From IMG/VR virus record IMGVR_UViG_3300032334_001433, positions 32,001-96,000 of that record: a stretch of 64,000 bases of DNA; one strand, written 5' to 3'. Shown in pieces: positions 47,868-59,588 of the stretch. Position numbers and translations under genes: made by a program. Below the pieces are notes generated by a model. It searched no databases. It saw nothing but the letters and a program-made list of their open reading frames with translations, and was not told where the DNA came from. Source of the stretch: a virus (taxonomy: Duplodnaviria; Caudoviricetes). Numbering within the stretch: position 1 is the stretch's first letter; each line of letters begins with the position of its first letter.

Positions 47868-49772
47868 ATGCAAAATATGTACGGAAATCCAAACTTCATT
47901 TGGTGGTTTGGTGTTGTTGAGGATAGGAATGATCCTGAAAAATTAGGCAGATGTCGAGTTAGGATTGTAGGATATCATCCAGAGGATGTTACAATATTGC
48001 CTACCAGAGATTTGCCATGGGCATTAGCAATGACGCCTATAACATCAGCAAGTACCTCTGGTATAGGTATCACTCCTATAGGACCAGTTGAAGGTACTTG
48101 GGTTGTTGGTTGGTTTTTAGATGGTGATGAAAAACAACAACCTATAATGATGGGCACCATAACAGGGTCTCCTGATCCAAATACAAATGAAGGAACAAAT
48201 GCAAGCAACCCAAATTTTGATCCTACAGGCCCATTAAACAGTTCAATCTTATCGCAGCAACAAGGATTTATTGATCCCAATAGGCTTTATCCTAAGAAAG
48301 AGTATGACGGCAAACCCGACACAAATAAATTAGCGGTAACAGATAAAACTCATGCATATTTTTCAGTTAAATCTAAAAATAGAAAAACAGGAGTAAAAAA
48401 AGCAAGTTCAAATTCTACTTGGAGCGAACCAACTCCTGCATATAACGCAAGATATCCTAGCAATCAAGTAATAGAAACTGAAGCTGGCCATGTAGTTGAA
48501 TTTGATAATACTCCAAATGCAGAAAGAATACACGTATACCATAAAAAAGGTACTTATATTGAAATTGATATAAACGGAACTATGGTTAAAAAAGTAGTGG
48601 GTGATAACTACGAAGTATGTGACAGAAATGGATATGTTTACGTCAAGGGAGCATACAATTTAACTGTAGGCGGCGCAACAAAAATATTAGTTGAAAATAA
48701 TGCAGATATTGAAGTTAACGGCGCACTTAATGTCACAAGTCACGGATCTACGTTGGTGCAATCTGCAAAAACGGTACAAGTAATAGCAGAAGATATTATT
48801 GTTTCTGGCAAATCTAGTTTACAATTAACAAGTGACGGGCCAGTAAATATACAAGGAAGTAGCATTGCAATAAATGCAAAAGACGGAACATTCTCAGCAA
48901 AATCTAGCGGAGATTTGGCATTGCAATCTGGTAGTGCATCGACTGCCAGTTTCAAAGGCGGGTTACTTACACAAATTGATGCTACCTCAATTACGACTCA
49001 CGGAGGATCAATTTCTGTTGCAGGTACTAAACTACCAGTATACCCTACACCTACAGAAGTTACAGTATACTCTGCAAATGCAGATGCGGGAGATTTAATA
49101 AGACCAGATGCTCCCGGAAGTATTTTCTTAGGTGATAGTTTAGAACCAGATGCAGATGCACTGTCTAAAGAACGGATAACGGCAGGAGAAATTGATTCAA
49201 ATGTCGAATTGCCACAAGGAGAAAGTAGTACTTCTACAAAAAACATTGCACCAAAGGCAGTAGATACTGCAGAATTTAAAAAATATTCTAAATTCCCCCA
49301 TTCTTTACAACTATCAAAATATTATACGTTGGGAGATTTAACTACAAAACCAACAGCAACGTCGTTTGAATTGCAAGCTCAAGAAGGATTATCTGAAGCG
49401 GATATTGTTGGAAATCTAAAGCATCTTGCCGTAAATATGCTGGATCCAATATTTGAAAATTACTCAGATGTTGTAATAACCAGCGGATTTAGGGTAGGGA
49501 CTGGATCTAGTCATAATAAGGGAAGCGCTGCAGATTTACAATTCCCTGGACATTCTTTTTCTGAATATTACTCTATTGCTAAATGGATTGCGGATAACTT
49601 GCCATATAAACAAATTTTGCTAGAATACGCCACACGCCCTTCCGGTACAATTTCTTGGATTCATATTGCATCTGCTCAAGACGGTTCAAAATCTGCAATG
49701 CCATATGGTACAATGTATAATCACAGTACATCCTCCCCAGGAGCCAAAAATCTGTTTGTAAAACTACTATAA
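47868..49772 (+). CDS. 5: Baseplate spike gp5 with C-terminal M15-type peptidase
   Basis: WWFGVVEDRNDPEKLGRCRVRI OB fold, YPSNQV.ETEAGHV.EFDNTP beta-helix, SGFR...SSHNKGSAADL...WIHI. Confidence 0.9.
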   Translation: MQNMYGNPNFIWWFGVVEDRNDPEKLGRCRVRIVGYHPEDVTILPTRDLPWALAMTPITSASTSGIGITPIGPVEGTWVVGWFLDGDEKQQPIMMGTITGSPDPNTNEGTNASNPNFDPTGPLNSSILSQQQGFIDPNRLYPKKEYDGKPDTNKLAVTDKTHAYFSVKSKNRKTGVKKASSNSTWSEPTPAYNARYPSNQVIETEAGHVVEFDNTPNAERIHVYHKKGTYIEIDINGTMVKKVVGDNYEVCDRNGYVYVKGAYNLTVGGATKILVENNADIEVNGALNVTSHGSTLVQSAKTVQVIAEDIIVSGKSSLQLTSDGPVNIQGSSIAINAKDGTFSAKSSGDLALQSGSASTASFKGGLLTQIDATSITTHGGSISVAGTKLPVYPTPTEVTVYSANADAGDLIRPDAPGSIFLGDSLEPDADALSKERITAGEIDSNVELPQGESSTSTKNIAPKAVDTAEFKKYSKFPHSLQLSKYYTLGDLTTKPTATSFELQAQEGLSEADIVGNLKHLAVNMLDPIFENYSDVVITSGFRVGTGSSHNKGSAADLQFPGHSFSEYYSIAKWIADNLPYKQILLEYATRPSGTISWIHIASAQDGSKSAMPYGTMYNHSTSSPGAKNLFVKLL

Positions 49773-49775
49773 ATA
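49768..49775 (+). promoter_or_regulatory. T4-type late promoter TATAAATA
   Basis: Exact consensus upstream of gene 25. Confidence 0.7.
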
Positions 49776-49833
49776 AAAGGTATTATTTATAATAAAATGC
49801 ATCTAGAAAAACGAATTCTTAATAAATATTAAA

Positions 49834-50235
49834 ATGGCCACCATTAATAAAGTCGTTAGACGATTTACGGACCTAAATCTGATTTTTAATCCGCATCCGT
49901 ATACAAAAGACATTCTAGTTCTAAAAAACATAGATGCCGTCAAAACGTCTATACAAAATCTGTTATTAACAAAGAATTATGAACGACCATTTCATCCCGA
50001 AATAGGTAGCCAAGTTAGTAATTTATTGTTTGAAAATGCAGGACCTAGTACTACATCTGCATTGCAAAAATCTATAAAAGATACGATTTCAAAGTTTGAA
50101 CCAAGAGCAACTGTAACTAATGTAAATATTGTAGATAATTACGATAGCAATGAAGTTGGTATAGAGATATCTTTTACTATTAATAATGTTTCAGATCCAG
50201 TAACAGTAACAACAACACTTAATAGAGTAAGATAA
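49834..50235 (+). CDS. 25: Baseplate wedge gp25
   Basis: FTDLNL.F..HP, AVKTSIQNLLLT..YERPFHPEIG, FEPR. Confidence 0.95.
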   Translation: MATINKVVRRFTDLNLIFNPHPYTKDILVLKNIDAVKTSIQNLLLTKNYERPFHPEIGSQVSNLLFENAGPSTTSALQKSIKDTISKFEPRATVTNVNIVDNYDSNEVGIEISFTINNVSDPVTVTTTLNRVR

Positions 50236-52100
50236 TGGCAAATTTAAGAATCGCAGAGTTAGATTTTGATACAATAAAAACAAATCTAAAAGAATTTTTA
50301 AAGAACTATACTGCAGATGACGGGGCACCATACTTTACAGATTTTGATTTTGAGGGATCTGGGCTATCAATTTTATTAGATCTATTATCGTACAACACTC
50401 ACTATAATGCATATTTGGCCAGTATGGTTATTAATGATATGTTTTTGGATTCTGCAGTAAAAAGATCGTCTGCAGTATCGATTGCAAAACATTTGGGTTA
50501 TACTCCCGTCTCTGCCCGAGGCGCAAGAGCAATGTTAACATTTGATGTAAGCGCCCCAACAAATTCTCCGAATTTTTTAACTTTAGAAAAATATACTCCG
50601 TTTACCACAACAATTGATAATGCAACATTAACATTTGTCAATCTTAAATCCGTAACAATACAACCAAAAGCTGGAACATATACTTTTACAGATGTTGAAT
50701 TAGTTGAGGGAATACCAATTCAGTATACTTATACGGTTGATGTTCCGGGTCCTGCAGAAAAATATATCATTCCAAATGATGATATTGATACGTCAACAAT
50801 ACAAGTAATTGTTCAAAATTCATTTACAGATACTACACAATCAATTTATACACTTGCAGAAGATACTTTAGATGTAACAGATACTTCTAAAGTTTTCTTT
50901 CTTGAAGAAACTGCAATTGGAAGATATCAAATATACTTTGGCGACGGAGTGGTCGGTAAAAAATTAACTAGAAATAATTTAGTTATTATTAATTATCTAA
51001 TTACTAGCGGAACTGCAGGAAACGTTGCAGGAACGATTGCACAATCTTTTACGTGCGCTACAACTATTGGCGGCGGTTCAGTATTAGGCGCTGTTACTGC
51101 TACTACAAATTCTAGAGGCGGCAAATCAAAAGAAAGTATTGAGAGTATAAAATTTAGGGCTCCAAAATTTTCAGCATCGCAAAATAGAGCAGTTACCGAT
51201 GCAGATTATAAAGCATTAATAGAAAAAGATTTTCCTTTAGTAGAATCTATTGCAGTATGGGGTGGCGAAAATAATGATCCTCCAAAATATGGAAAAGTTA
51301 TTATCTCATTAAAACCATATGATGGATATGTGGTAAATCAAGATACAAGAAATAATATTTCAAAAGTAATATTACAAAGTAAACAAGTATTAGGGATTGC
51401 CCCGGAATTTATTGATCCTGAATATTTTTATGTAAATTTATCAATTAATGTTAAATATGATTCTGCAAAAAGTACTTTATCTGCTACAGAAATTAATAAT
51501 TTCGTTATAACAGAAGTTAATAATTATTTCTATAATAATTTACAACAATTTGATAAAGATTTTGTATTCTCAAAATTATCAAAAAATATTGACAGTATAG
51601 ATGATAATATTATCGGAAATTTAATGACAGTTAAATTGCAAAGAAGAATTGAACCTGTCGCAAATTCTAATAACAACTATATAAGCGACAATGTTATAAC
51701 TTTTAAAAATGGATTAAAACCCGGAACATTAACTAGTACAAATTTTATAGTTTCGTATCAAGGAATTTCTAAAAATGCAACATTAAATGATTTTCCGGAT
51801 GATACGTTTCCTAATAATTTAGGAAAAGGGACAATTAAACTAATGGATGCAGATACTGGCGTAGTTTTAAATGATAACTATGGTAGTATTGATTATGGTA
51901 CGGGCATATTAACAATTTATAATTTACAATATACTGGATATGTTTCCGATCTTATAGACATAAGAATAAATGCAGAAGTACAAGATTCATATCTTGATAT
52001 CAATGTTAGTAGAAATCAAATTTTATTATTAGATGATAGTACATTAAATAGTAATGGTAATAGAGTACCGGGACTTACAGTTAATGTAATTGCAGTATGA
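50235..52100 (+). CDS. 6: Baseplate wedge gp6
   Basis: ELDFDTIKTNLK, FDFEGSGLSILLD.L.YNTHY, QNRAVT..DY. Confidence 0.95.
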   Translation: MANLRIAELDFDTIKTNLKEFLKNYTADDGAPYFTDFDFEGSGLSILLDLLSYNTHYNAYLASMVINDMFLDSAVKRSSAVSIAKHLGYTPVSARGARAMLTFDVSAPTNSPNFLTLEKYTPFTTTIDNATLTFVNLKSVTIQPKAGTYTFTDVELVEGIPIQYTYTVDVPGPAEKYIIPNDDIDTSTIQVIVQNSFTDTTQSIYTLAEDTLDVTDTSKVFFLEETAIGRYQIYFGDGVVGKKLTRNNLVIINYLITSGTAGNVAGTIAQSFTCATTIGGGSVLGAVTATTNSRGGKSKESIESIKFRAPKFSASQNRAVTDADYKALIEKDFPLVESIAVWGGENNDPPKYGKVIISLKPYDGYVVNQDTRNNISKVILQSKQVLGIAPEFIDPEYFYVNLSINVKYDSAKSTLSATEINNFVITEVNNYFYNNLQQFDKDFVFSKLSKNIDSIDDNIIGNLMTVKLQRRIEPVANSNNNYISDNVITFKNGLKPGTLTSTNFIVSYQGISKNATLNDFPDDTFPNNLGKGTIKLMDADTGVVLNDNYGSIDYGTGILTIYNLQYTGYVSDLIDIRINAEVQDSYLDINVSRNQILLLDDSTLNSNGNRVPGLTVNVIAV

Positions 52101-53872
52101 GTAGAATAAAAGAAAAATTATCTTCGATATTTGCAGCACAAATACCCGAGTTTATTCGGGTAGGAGAATCAGTTGCTGAGAATAGACAAGTAATATCTGT
52201 AGATTCTACAAAACATCCTAAGATTGTAAATGTTCGATCTACTTTAGATATTGTTGCAGGGGATAAGTTAATATATCCTGCAATTACAAATACAGTTTTC
52301 GTAACTAAAATATTATCTTCGTCTTCTGTAGAAGTTAGTGATAATATAAATGTAACATTAAGTAATGTTTCTGCAAAATTTGTAAGAACAGATACTACTT
52401 CGAATTTTGTAAAATTTTTAGAAGCATATTACAAATTTTTAGAACAAGATCAGCATCCTCAAGAGTTATTACAAAATTCAAGATTATATGCAGATATTGA
52501 TTATACTATTGATTCATTAATTGAAAACTTTTTTGTAAATTATGGCAATGATTTGCCAAGAAATATCGTTGCAGATAAAAGAACTTTTGTCAAACATTTT
52601 AAAGATATCTATAAAACAAAAGGTACAGAAGAAGCATATAAATTATTATTCAGAGTATTATTTAATACAGGAGCTACATTTAAATATCCTAAAGATGTTA
52701 TATTGAAAGCATCCGATGGTATTTGGATTAAAGATTATACTATTAGAGTAATTGCTAGTTCTACAGGAAATCCTTTTGATTTAATTAATACAAAAATTGT
52801 AGGACAAACATCTGGAGCAACTGCGGTTGTAGAAAACGTATTAAAATTAAGAATAAAAAATACCGATATCTATGAATTATATTTGTCAAAAATTAAAGGT
52901 ACTTTTGTTAAAGAAAATATTGTTTCTAGAAAACTAATTACTGCGCCAAACGTATATTCTACAATACAAGTTACTTCTATTCCTATATTAACTAAAATAG
53001 ATGTTATAGAAGGTGCGGTAGGATACAATGCAAATAGTAATATAATTATATCGGGCGTTTACGCAAAAATTACCGAATTAACTAGTACTGGCAAGATTAA
53101 AAATATAACAATTGTAGAACCTTCAATTTATATTAATACTCCGTTAGTTACATATAATGTTGGCAGTGTTATAAGTTCTGAAATAGATTATCCTGCAACA
53201 TATATTACTGGTAATATTACAATTTCTCAAAATATTGGTACTTTCACTTCGGATAATTCTCATGGATTGATAAAAGGAAAATTTGCAAATATTATTGGAT
53301 ATGGAAATACTTCTAGTTATTTAAATAATTGTGAAAACACAATTTCAATTTCAACAGTTCTTGACGATAAAAGATTTAGATTTGCAATATCTCCAGGATC
53401 AAATAATACAAGTTTATCTGCAATATTAAAATATACAGAAAAAGCAGTTATATCTCCAAAATTAGGAATTGTTAAAGAATCTTCGGGATATTGGTCTACA
53501 AATAGAGGCAAACTGTCTGAACTAAATTATATTCAAGGACCTTCTCCAAATAGTCCAGATAAAAATAAAATATATTATCAACCATATTCTTATGTTGTAC
53601 AAAGCGACGTTACTGTTGATAATTGGAAAAATATTGCATCCGCCACAGTTCATCCTGCAGGAACAGAAGTTTTTGGCGAGATATTAATTAATAATAATAT
53701 ATCAGGCAATCTAGAAACTTCTGGAAATGCGGAAATTTGGGATTATTTTAGTTTGACTACTGATAGTAATCTATACCCATTTTACGCTGATATGACAACA
53801 TATACAAATAGCAGAGTTACTAATTTATCAGTAACTACAGATGCAATATATTCTATACTTGGATATCTGTAA
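52097..53872 (+). CDS. 7: Baseplate wedge gp7-like
   Basis: QIPEFI, FLEAYY.FLE, KGTEEAY..LFR.LF, YYQPYSY, VHPAG. Confidence 0.8.
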   Translation: MSRIKEKLSSIFAAQIPEFIRVGESVAENRQVISVDSTKHPKIVNVRSTLDIVAGDKLIYPAITNTVFVTKILSSSSVEVSDNINVTLSNVSAKFVRTDTTSNFVKFLEAYYKFLEQDQHPQELLQNSRLYADIDYTIDSLIENFFVNYGNDLPRNIVADKRTFVKHFKDIYKTKGTEEAYKLLFRVLFNTGATFKYPKDVILKASDGIWIKDYTIRVIASSTGNPFDLINTKIVGQTSGATAVVENVLKLRIKNTDIYELYLSKIKGTFVKENIVSRKLITAPNVYSTIQVTSIPILTKIDVIEGAVGYNANSNIIISGVYAKITELTSTGKIKNITIVEPSIYINTPLVTYNVGSVISSEIDYPATYITGNITISQNIGTFTSDNSHGLIKGKFANIIGYGNTSSYLNNCENTISISTVLDDKRFRFAISPGSNNTSLSAILKYTEKAVISPKLGIVKESSGYWSTNRGKLSELNYIQGPSPNSPDKNKIYYQPYSYVVQSDVTVDNWKNIASATVHPAGTEVFGEILINNNISGNLETSGNAEIWDYFSLTTDSNLYPFYADMTTYTNSRVTNLSVTTDAIYSILGYL

Positions 53873-53902
53873 TAAATAATAAATTAGATGGAATAAAAAC
53901 TA

Positions 53903-55234
53903 ATGTCTCAAATTATTACAAACAATTTTAAACTATATAATGCGGCAACCTTTGTAGATGGCACTTCTGGCAGCGATACGTTATATCTTTCTGTAGGTAG
54001 ACCTCAAAGATGGGTAAATGAAAATTCTCCGCCAACTCCTACAAATACACAATATCAAGATGTTGTTTATTCTTCAGAAAATATTGCATTAAAACGAATA
54101 GTATCTGCAGATGTAAAACAAGTTGTCAAAAGATATGATTGGTCTCCGGGAGTAGTTTATTCTCAATATGATAATGCAAATAATAATTTATTTAATTCTA
54201 ATTTTTATGTATTAACATTGCCAGAATATAACGTATATAAATGTATTTCAAATAATAATGGAGCCACATCAACAGATAAACCTAGTGGCAAATCAACTTC
54301 AATAGTTACAACTGCGGACGGATATCGTTGGAAATATTTGTATTCTTTAACGGATACAGATTTATTAAAATTTTTAACAAACGATTTTATGGCGGTCAAT
54401 AATAATGCCGATGTGACCGCAACTGCTATTCCTGGAACAATTGATAGTATAGTAATAGAAAATCCGGGAACAGGATATTCAAATTCTATAGTTGGATCTA
54501 CTATAGTTGCATCTATATTGGGCAATGGAACAGGAGCTAGTATAGGGAATGTAAATTCCTCATCAGTTGGGGGATTAAATTTAATACAAATATTAGACAC
54601 GGGAACCAATTATACTTATGCAAATGTTGTTCTATCAAGTACAAATGGTGCGAATGCAGTTACTAGACCGATTATAAGTCCATTGCGTGGCCACGGATAT
54701 GATAATAAAGAAGAATTGGGCGGTTATTATGTAATGATAAATACAAGGTTAGATTATGCAGAAGGCGGAGGAGATTTTCCAATTGTCAATGATTACAGAA
54801 GAATTGCAGTAATAAAAAATCCAGTTTCAAATACAACTAATTCGGTTGCAACAGAATTAACCATGGATGCAACATATACGTTAAAATTAACAAGTGTTAC
54901 CGGAACATTTGTATTAGATGAAATAATAACAGGTTCAAATTCATCAATAACTAATACTAAAGGTTTTATTATATCTGCAAATGCAAATGTAATAACAGGC
55001 AATACAATAATAAAATATATTGTTCCTATTGATTATAAATTAAATCAAAATGCCAGATTTTTATTAGGTGAGACCATAACAGGCAATACATCTTTGGCAA
55101 CTGGTATTGTATCTTCTATAATTTTGCCCGAAGTAAAAGAAAATACAGGCAAAGTATTATACGTTGAAAATCGTAAAAAAATAACAAGAAGTTCTGACCA
55201 AGCAGAAAATATTCACATAGTTATAGAGTTCTAA
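53903..55234 (+). CDS. 8: Baseplate wedge gp8
   Basis: RYDWSPG..YSQYD, NVYKCISNN, DGYRWKYLY, LYVENR..ITR...Q.E. Confidence 0.92.
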   Translation: MSQIITNNFKLYNAATFVDGTSGSDTLYLSVGRPQRWVNENSPPTPTNTQYQDVVYSSENIALKRIVSADVKQVVKRYDWSPGVVYSQYDNANNNLFNSNFYVLTLPEYNVYKCISNNNGATSTDKPSGKSTSIVTTADGYRWKYLYSLTDTDLLKFLTNDFMAVNNNADVTATAIPGTIDSIVIENPGTGYSNSIVGSTIVASILGNGTGASIGNVNSSSVGGLNLIQILDTGTNYTYANVVLSSTNGANAVTRPIISPLRGHGYDNKEELGGYYVMINTRLDYAEGGGDFPIVNDYRRIAVIKNPVSNTTNSVATELTMDATYTLKLTSVTGTFVLDEIITGSNSSITNTKGFIISANANVITGNTIIKYIVPIDYKLNQNARFLLGETITGNTSLATGIVSSIILPEVKENTGKVLYVENRKKITRSSDQAENIHIVIEF

Positions 55235-55248
55235 TTGTAGGATAAAAA

Positions 55249-58200
55249 ATGGATATAAATTTACAAGCCGCACCGTACTATGATGATTTTGATAGTACAA
55301 AGAATTTTTACAGAATACTGTTTAAACCAGGCACACCAGTTCAGGCAAGAGAACTTACTCAATTACAATCTATCCTACAAGATCAGATAAAAAAATTCGC
55401 AAATCACATTTTTGTTGATGGTAGCCGAGCATTAAAAGACAATCCGGTATCTGTTACAATTAATCAAAACGTAAAATCTGTTAAATTGCAACCTAGCGCA
55501 ATTCTTGTAGAGTCTGCAACATATTTAAATAAGTATGTTACTAGTGGATCTAGTACTTTAATAGGTAAAGTTAATTTTGTATATGATGCAGACAATCCTA
55601 ATTTAGGCGACCCGCAAACATTAATTATTAATATTGTTACGCCCAATGACAGTACAAATGAATTCTTGCCAAATGATACTTTATATTTTTATGATACCCA
55701 CGCAGATGCATTTGCGAAGAAAGCAACAACAATAACTGGAACAACTGCTGCAGATGTCACTATTACTGCAGTTGCATCTACGGATTCTTTATCAGATGAG
55801 ATTATAATTTCTTCAAAGACAGGTACAATTGCTTTAGGAGATTATGTTACAGGTGTTACCGGAATTCCTCCAGATTTATACGTAGTAAAAATAATTTCTG
55901 ATACTAGAATACTATTGAATAAGAATTTTGGAGTTACTGATAATTCTGCAAATTTGACATTCATAAGAAAAAATACTTCGCCATCATTAATTTTAGGTAT
56001 TAGTAGTGGCGCATACTATAAGAATGGGTTCTTTATACAAGTCCCCTATCAATCTATTGTAGTACAAAAATATACAGCATTTCCACACAAATCTGTAATT
56101 TTAAAATATCAAGAAACAGTCATTAATTATAATGACGATACTTCATTACTAGATCCTGCATTTGGTAGTTCAAATTATTTAGGACCTGGTGCAGATAGGT
56201 TAAAAATAGAATTAGTAATTGATAGCATTGATCTAGATAGCAATGATAAACCAAATTATGTTGGCAATTATATTGAAATTGCTAGATTTGTAAATGGTAA
56301 GATAGATTTAATTGAATCATCTGTTGATAGTACATATGCTACACTTGGAACAATTCTTGCAGAAAGAACATATGCCGAATCTGGAAATTATATTGTAGAT
56401 CCATTTTCTTTATCTCCGTCGGGGTCAACCTCAGATGCATTAGGAAATAAATTTTACATATCAAAAGGTAGAGCATTTGTTGGCGGGTATGATATTTCAA
56501 CTACGGATAGAACAGAACTAATAGTTCCAAAATCAAAGGAATATGTTACAACTGAAAGTGTGACAATTAATACTCCTGCCGGTCCTTATATTTTAATTGA
56601 TGCTCCAAATTTTGGATTGCCTTCAGAACAAACTCTTTCACAATATAATTGGTTTGAATGTCATTCAACTACCGATAGAAATGCAATGCTTGGAGGAAAC
56701 TATGGTGCAAATTCAACACTTGTAGGATATATTGCTTTTTCGCATATGCAGTATGATAGCGGATATAGAGATTCTGCATCTTTTAAATTCTATTGGGATT
56801 TTTATACACACTGGTCGCAATCAAAACAACCAGGAGATATTCGATCAATAGTTGGTAATAGAAATTGGTTCTCGGATCCTGCAGGAAATAAAGGTAGTAA
56901 TACAAATCCTACATTTTTTGCCAATGTTAGCGTAACTAAAGGATTTGAATCAAATGGAGCTGGCGGAAAACAATTAAAAATATTTGATTCAACAAAAGTT
57001 GGTAGATTAGTGTTTCCAACAGGATCTTCTTATATAAAAGATGTAAGAAGAAACAATACAACTTATACTAAAACATATAGTGGCGTAACTATTGCTGCAG
57101 GTGTAGCTACTATAACAACAAATTCTCCAAATAGATTTGTTGGATATAGTGGAGAATTGTCTTCCTCAATTAAAAGACAATATTATATGTCTATAATTAA
57201 ACAGCCTACAGGTATTGATGGTCAATACATCTATGGTTATGGCAATACCGATCCATGGAAGGTCTCATCCAACGTATTTGTTCCTTTAGAATCTGTAGTG
57301 ATGACACTCGATAGTACAGGAACTTCCCTAACAATTAATTTTGGAAATACATATATTAATTCGAGCATGGATGTAAATGCCACTATTTACAATGATATAT
57401 TAACAAGAAAAACAAAGACTTTAGTATCAAACTATACAAGACAATCAAATATTTGGACTTCGGACCAATCATATTCTTTGTTCAAATCTGACGTATATGC
57501 ACTTAAAGGTGTTTATAAGATAGGTAGTAATACTTTTGCGGGAGATTACAATTCTTCGACAACATATACTACAAATTCTATGGTACAAGATTCTGGTTTA
57601 ATATATCAGGCAAAAGTATCAAGTAGCGGTGCAGCATTAACAGATTCTACAAAATGGACTAAGGTACCCGGAGAGTCCTTATTACTATATACTTTAGATA
57701 ATGGGCAATCTGATTTATTTTATAATCATGGGTCAATAAAATTCATAGGCAATCAATCTAAAGTACCAGGAAAAACTGTTGTAGTATTTGATTATTTTAC
57801 ACATTCTGGTTCGGGATATTTTGATGCAGTATCATATCCTGTAAATATGTATGATAGAATACCAAAATTTAAATCTCCTAAAGATGGAAGAGAATTTGAT
57901 TTGCGAGATTGTTTAGATTATAGATCTCGCAGACAAGATGATACAGGATATTTTAATCCTGGAGTATTTGAAAGCCAACAATTATCTGATATTTTCTTAT
58001 TTGATGATTGGTACAAACCAGTAATAGATACTGCAACGGGCACACAAGCAGATCTTGATTTTTATACAAGCAGAATTGATAGATTATATGTACAGAATAG
58101 AGACGCAAACACATCTGTAAATAGTAAATTCTATCTTGATAAAGGATTGCCTGCAATAAATCCTAAACCAAATCAGGATAAAACAGATAAAAACTTGCAA

Positions 58201-58875
58201 TTAATTGCAACTTTGGTAAATCCTCCATATACTGCAAGTGCAAGTGATGTAAAAATTATCTATAATAGTTCTCCTAGATATACAATGAAGGATATATCTT
58301 TGATAGATAATAAATTGCAGGATTTAGAAAAAAGAGTAAAGAAACAAGGTATTGAGATTTATGCACTAAACAATGCAGTTTTTGATAGAGCAGGAACTTC
58401 GGGAAATGTGCTATTTAAGACAGGAATTTTAATAGAAGATTTTTCTAGTTTAAATGTTGCAGATATTACAAATCCGCATCATACAGTTGCAATAGATACT
58501 GTTAAACATGAATGTCGACCTTCTTTCTCCGCAGATTGGCATAATTTATTCTTTGTATCCGACCCAGATGTAAGTATGAAGGACAATTTTGTTACTATGA
58601 ATTATACTGAGGAAGCATATGTTGATGTTTCGTCCACAACTACTTCAGCAAATACATATTTTAAAGTAAATCCTACAGGAATAGTTACCGATTCGGGAAG
58701 AGGTTCGTCTTTCAATGGTTGGTCTGTTGCAGCGGCCGCGGCAATTGGTTGGTTTGTTGCACCAGAACTGGCAATTGCTGCAGCAGTAGGTGCGGTTGTG
58801 GGAGGAGCAATTGAAGTGGTTACCGGAGTGGTAAATAAAATTGGCGACGCAATTGCGAGTATTTTTCACTGGTAA
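55249..58875 (+). CDS. Large virion structural protein, VrlC/DUF4815-like N-terminal part
   Basis: PYYDDFD..KNFYRILFKPG.PVQARELTQLQS, GADRLK, FKTGILIEDF. Confidence 0.85.
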   Translation: MDINLQAAPYYDDFDSTKNFYRILFKPGTPVQARELTQLQSILQDQIKKFANHIFVDGSRALKDNPVSVTINQNVKSVKLQPSAILVESATYLNKYVTSGSSTLIGKVNFVYDADNPNLGDPQTLIINIVTPNDSTNEFLPNDTLYFYDTHADAFAKKATTITGTTAADVTITAVASTDSLSDEIIISSKTGTIALGDYVTGVTGIPPDLYVVKIISDTRILLNKNFGVTDNSANLTFIRKNTSPSLILGISSGAYYKNGFFIQVPYQSIVVQKYTAFPHKSVILKYQETVINYNDDTSLLDPAFGSSNYLGPGADRLKIELVIDSIDLDSNDKPNYVGNYIEIARFVNGKIDLIESSVDSTYATLGTILAERTYAESGNYIVDPFSLSPSGSTSDALGNKFYISKGRAFVGGYDISTTDRTELIVPKSKEYVTTESVTINTPAGPYILIDAPNFGLPSEQTLSQYNWFECHSTTDRNAMLGGNYGANSTLVGYIAFSHMQYDSGYRDSASFKFYWDFYTHWSQSKQPGDIRSIVGNRNWFSDPAGNKGSNTNPTFFANVSVTKGFESNGAGGKQLKIFDSTKVGRLVFPTGSSYIKDVRRNNTTYTKTYSGVTIAAGVATITTNSPNRFVGYSGELSSSIKRQYYMSIIKQPTGIDGQYIYGYGNTDPWKVSSNVFVPLESVVMTLDSTGTSLTINFGNTYINSSMDVNATIYNDILTRKTKTLVSNYTRQSNIWTSDQSYSLFKSDVYALKGVYKIGSNTFAGDYNSSTTYTTNSMVQDSGLIYQAKVSSSGAALTDSTKWTKVPGESLLLYTLDNGQSDLFYNHGSIKFIGNQSKVPGKTVVVFDYFTHSGSGYFDAVSYPVNMYDRIPKFKSPKDGREFDLRDCLDYRSRRQDDTGYFNPGVFESQQLSDIFLFDDWYKPVIDTATGTQADLDFYTSRIDRLYVQNRDANTSVNSKFYLDKGLPAINPKPNQDKTDKNLQLIATLVNPPYTASASDVKIIYNSSPRYTMKDISLIDNKLQDLEKRVKKQGIEIYALNNAVFDRAGTSGNVLFKTGILIEDFSSLNVADITNPHHTVAIDTVKHECRPSFSADWHNLFFVSDPDVSMKDNFVTMNYTEEAYVDVSSTTTSANTYFKVNPTGIVTDSGRGSSFNGWSVAAAAAIGWFVAPELAIAAAVGAVVGGAIEVVTGVVNKIGDAIASIFHW

Positions 58876-58892
58876 ATAACTAAAGGCAAAAA

Positions 58893-59576
58893 ATGGATAC
58901 TACTCAAATATCAGATTATACTAATATTCTCAATGCGGCAATGTCGCAAACTTCAACGCCGGTACAATTAGATAATTTAAAAATAGACGGTGTAAGACAA
59001 GGTGCTGTGGATTTCTTTGGCAATGTTCTGTATGATTTATATACAAATTTACATGGAAATGCAAATAGTACCTCATTTTTAAATGTTGTAAATAAATTTA
59101 ATGACATTGTCCATGCAGATAATTTAAGAACTCTTGGCATGGATAGTACTGATACTATAAAATATCAAAGTTTAAGTACCTTGAATAAAAAACAAGGGAT
59201 TTATGTAGATTTAACTCAAGTACAAACCGCAACAGGAGTTGTTCCTACTAATATTAATTCTGCAAATGGAATTTTTATAAAATCATTTGAACCAATATTA
59301 TACGAAAAAGTTTTTACTTCAAATAATTATACATCAAATTCTATTTTAGTTACAAATTTTATTAATACTACTTTGAATACAAATAACACGTATTCAAATG
59401 CAGGAGTAACCACTGCATTGCAATACGCAATAAACAATGGTTATACCTCTAATTGGTCTACTTTAAATTCTGCAAGTTTTGATACATCTTCTATTTCTAA
59501 GGAAATACAGAATTCTGCAGAAGTACATGATTCAATTACAAAATCAAAATTTTTAGAAAATAATTTCTTAGCATAA
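58893..59576 (+). CDS. Putative virion structural protein
   Basis: Asn/Thr/Ser rich; between VrlC-like parts. Confidence 0.6.
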   Translation: MDTTQISDYTNILNAAMSQTSTPVQLDNLKIDGVRQGAVDFFGNVLYDLYTNLHGNANSTSFLNVVNKFNDIVHADNLRTLGMDSTDTIKYQSLSTLNKKQGIYVDLTQVQTATGVVPTNINSANGIFIKSFEPILYEKVFTSNNYTSNSILVTNFINTTLNTNNTYSNAGVTTALQYAINNGYTSNWSTLNSASFDTSSISKEIQNSAEVHDSITKSKFLENNFLA

Positions 59577-59588
59577 CGGACAAATATA

